Of a stretch of 64,000 nucleotides of DNA, positions 62,931-64,000 are shown in pieces. Position numbers and translations under genes: made by a program. The stretch is from Podarcis cretensis. Its lineage: Eukaryota. The notes under the pieces were generated by a model. The model saw nothing but the letters and a program-made list of their open reading frames with translations. It had not been told where the DNA came from and made no database searches. The stretch covers positions 46,376,001 through 46,440,000 of the forward strand of contig OX638152.1 in NCBI GenBank assembly GCA_951804945.1, read 5' to 3'. The first letter of the stretch is position 1. Each line of letters starts with the position of its first letter.

Positions 62931-64000
62931 GTATAGGATTTACCCTATTAGGGTTTTACTGCTGGACAATTTGCATATATGTTTAATTTTTTGTAATAAA
63001 TAATTTGGTATCTGTTTATACATCTTTTTCGTTCATTTCATTTTTTGCTGTTTTCATATTATGAAGCACTTGGCCTTGGAAAAGTATCAATATATGGACA
63101 TTCTTCCCCAATCAGGTTCTCGCCAGACGTTTTGATTACAATTCCCATCATCTCTGACCATTGGAAGGCTGAGAAAGTCTGATAGTGATAAATAATATTT
63201 TGCCTTGGTATAGGAGAAAATAGATTAGCAGAATATAGTGTTACCTTTTCCTGTCCAGTGATTCCTTCCTACAGATGTATTTATAACCACCAAGTGGGAC
63301 CCAAGTGGGATGTGAGGGCGATCTGGCTGCGACATCTGACTCAGACATAAAATAAGCCCAGTTCGGGTGGAAATGGAAGCTGTTTGTGCATGACAGGTGC
63401 TTTTTATGTAGAGAATTAGCAGGCGCTTTTCTGCCTACCAATTGTTCCTCACAAATTTTCATTCTTAAAGTTACTTTTGCAAAGTTAGAGGTGAAAACTC
63501 AGCTGGCCAAAGTAAAATTAAGTTTTTCCCTATGTTTCCCCCCTGAAAATATTGAAGACCTGTAAGTGATGCAGCTTATTTTTCTCCAACTTAGTTTGCA
63601 TCTTATGCAATAATTTCTTACATTATTTCCCCCTTCTTACTTGTACTATGGAGGGAGAAAATGCACCAAATATGTGAGTCTATAATTTGAATTTCACTGA
63701 GGAAGCCTGCTTCCGGGCACCTTGCCAGTTTTGTGTATTGGATAATTTCAGCTTTACCAAACCTTTTCTGTTTGGCTCCTTTTCTCAGTTTCCTCCCTAG
63801 TACATGAAAGACACAACGATGGAAAAGCAAGGCCTGAATGGTTTTTTTATCTCCATGTTTTAAATAGTCAGATGCACAGAGTAAACAATAAATTGTTCTG
63901 TTTGGCTAAGAGAAGATGGTCTCTATAAGCAGAATAAAATGACTGTTAGCCACACCCAAAGCAGTAAGGCTACCGGGCTGGGAAAGTAATTGACTTGTAA

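Noticed and set aside
63262-63400. Plus-strand coding exon after TTCCTTCCTACAG
   Set aside because: All three frames reach a stop before any plausible donor.
1-64000. Host protein-coding gene among the listed short ORFs
   Set aside because: All ORFs are 123 aa or shorter, many start at non-ATG codons, and none resembles a cellular protein I recognise; this fits chance ORFs in vertebrate non-coding DNA.
1-64000. CRISPR array, operon or prokaryotic defence system
   Set aside because: The DNA is eukaryotic and repeat-rich, with no regularly spaced repeat-spacer array and no gene-dense region.

Overview
This is AT-rich, non-coding vertebrate DNA. The repeat content (seven Sauria-type SINEs, CORE/L2-tailed and CR1-tailed SINEs, hAT and Tc1/mariner MITEs, Penelope-derived hairpins) indicates a squamate reptile, most plausibly a lacertid lizard; the taxon is an inference. 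I can support no host protein-coding exon, RNA gene or CRISPR array, and the window looks like a large intron or intergenic region. The only recognisable protein-coding remnants are broken LINE ORF2 fragments (L1/Tx1 clade, L2, CR1). The most interesting structures are: (1) a 212-bp GC-rich promoter-like cassette flanked by a 17-bp quasi-palindromic direct repeat (16824-17069); (2) two Penelope-derived fold-back insertions, one carrying a minimal hammerhead-ribozyme motif with a core mutation (29005-29042); (3) three elements stacked at one ~25-bp site (44486-45202); (4) two local inverted duplications (28522-28719 and 58518-58687); and (5) a very young, near-identical Sauria SINE subfamily. 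Family names come from recall of motifs, not from database searches.
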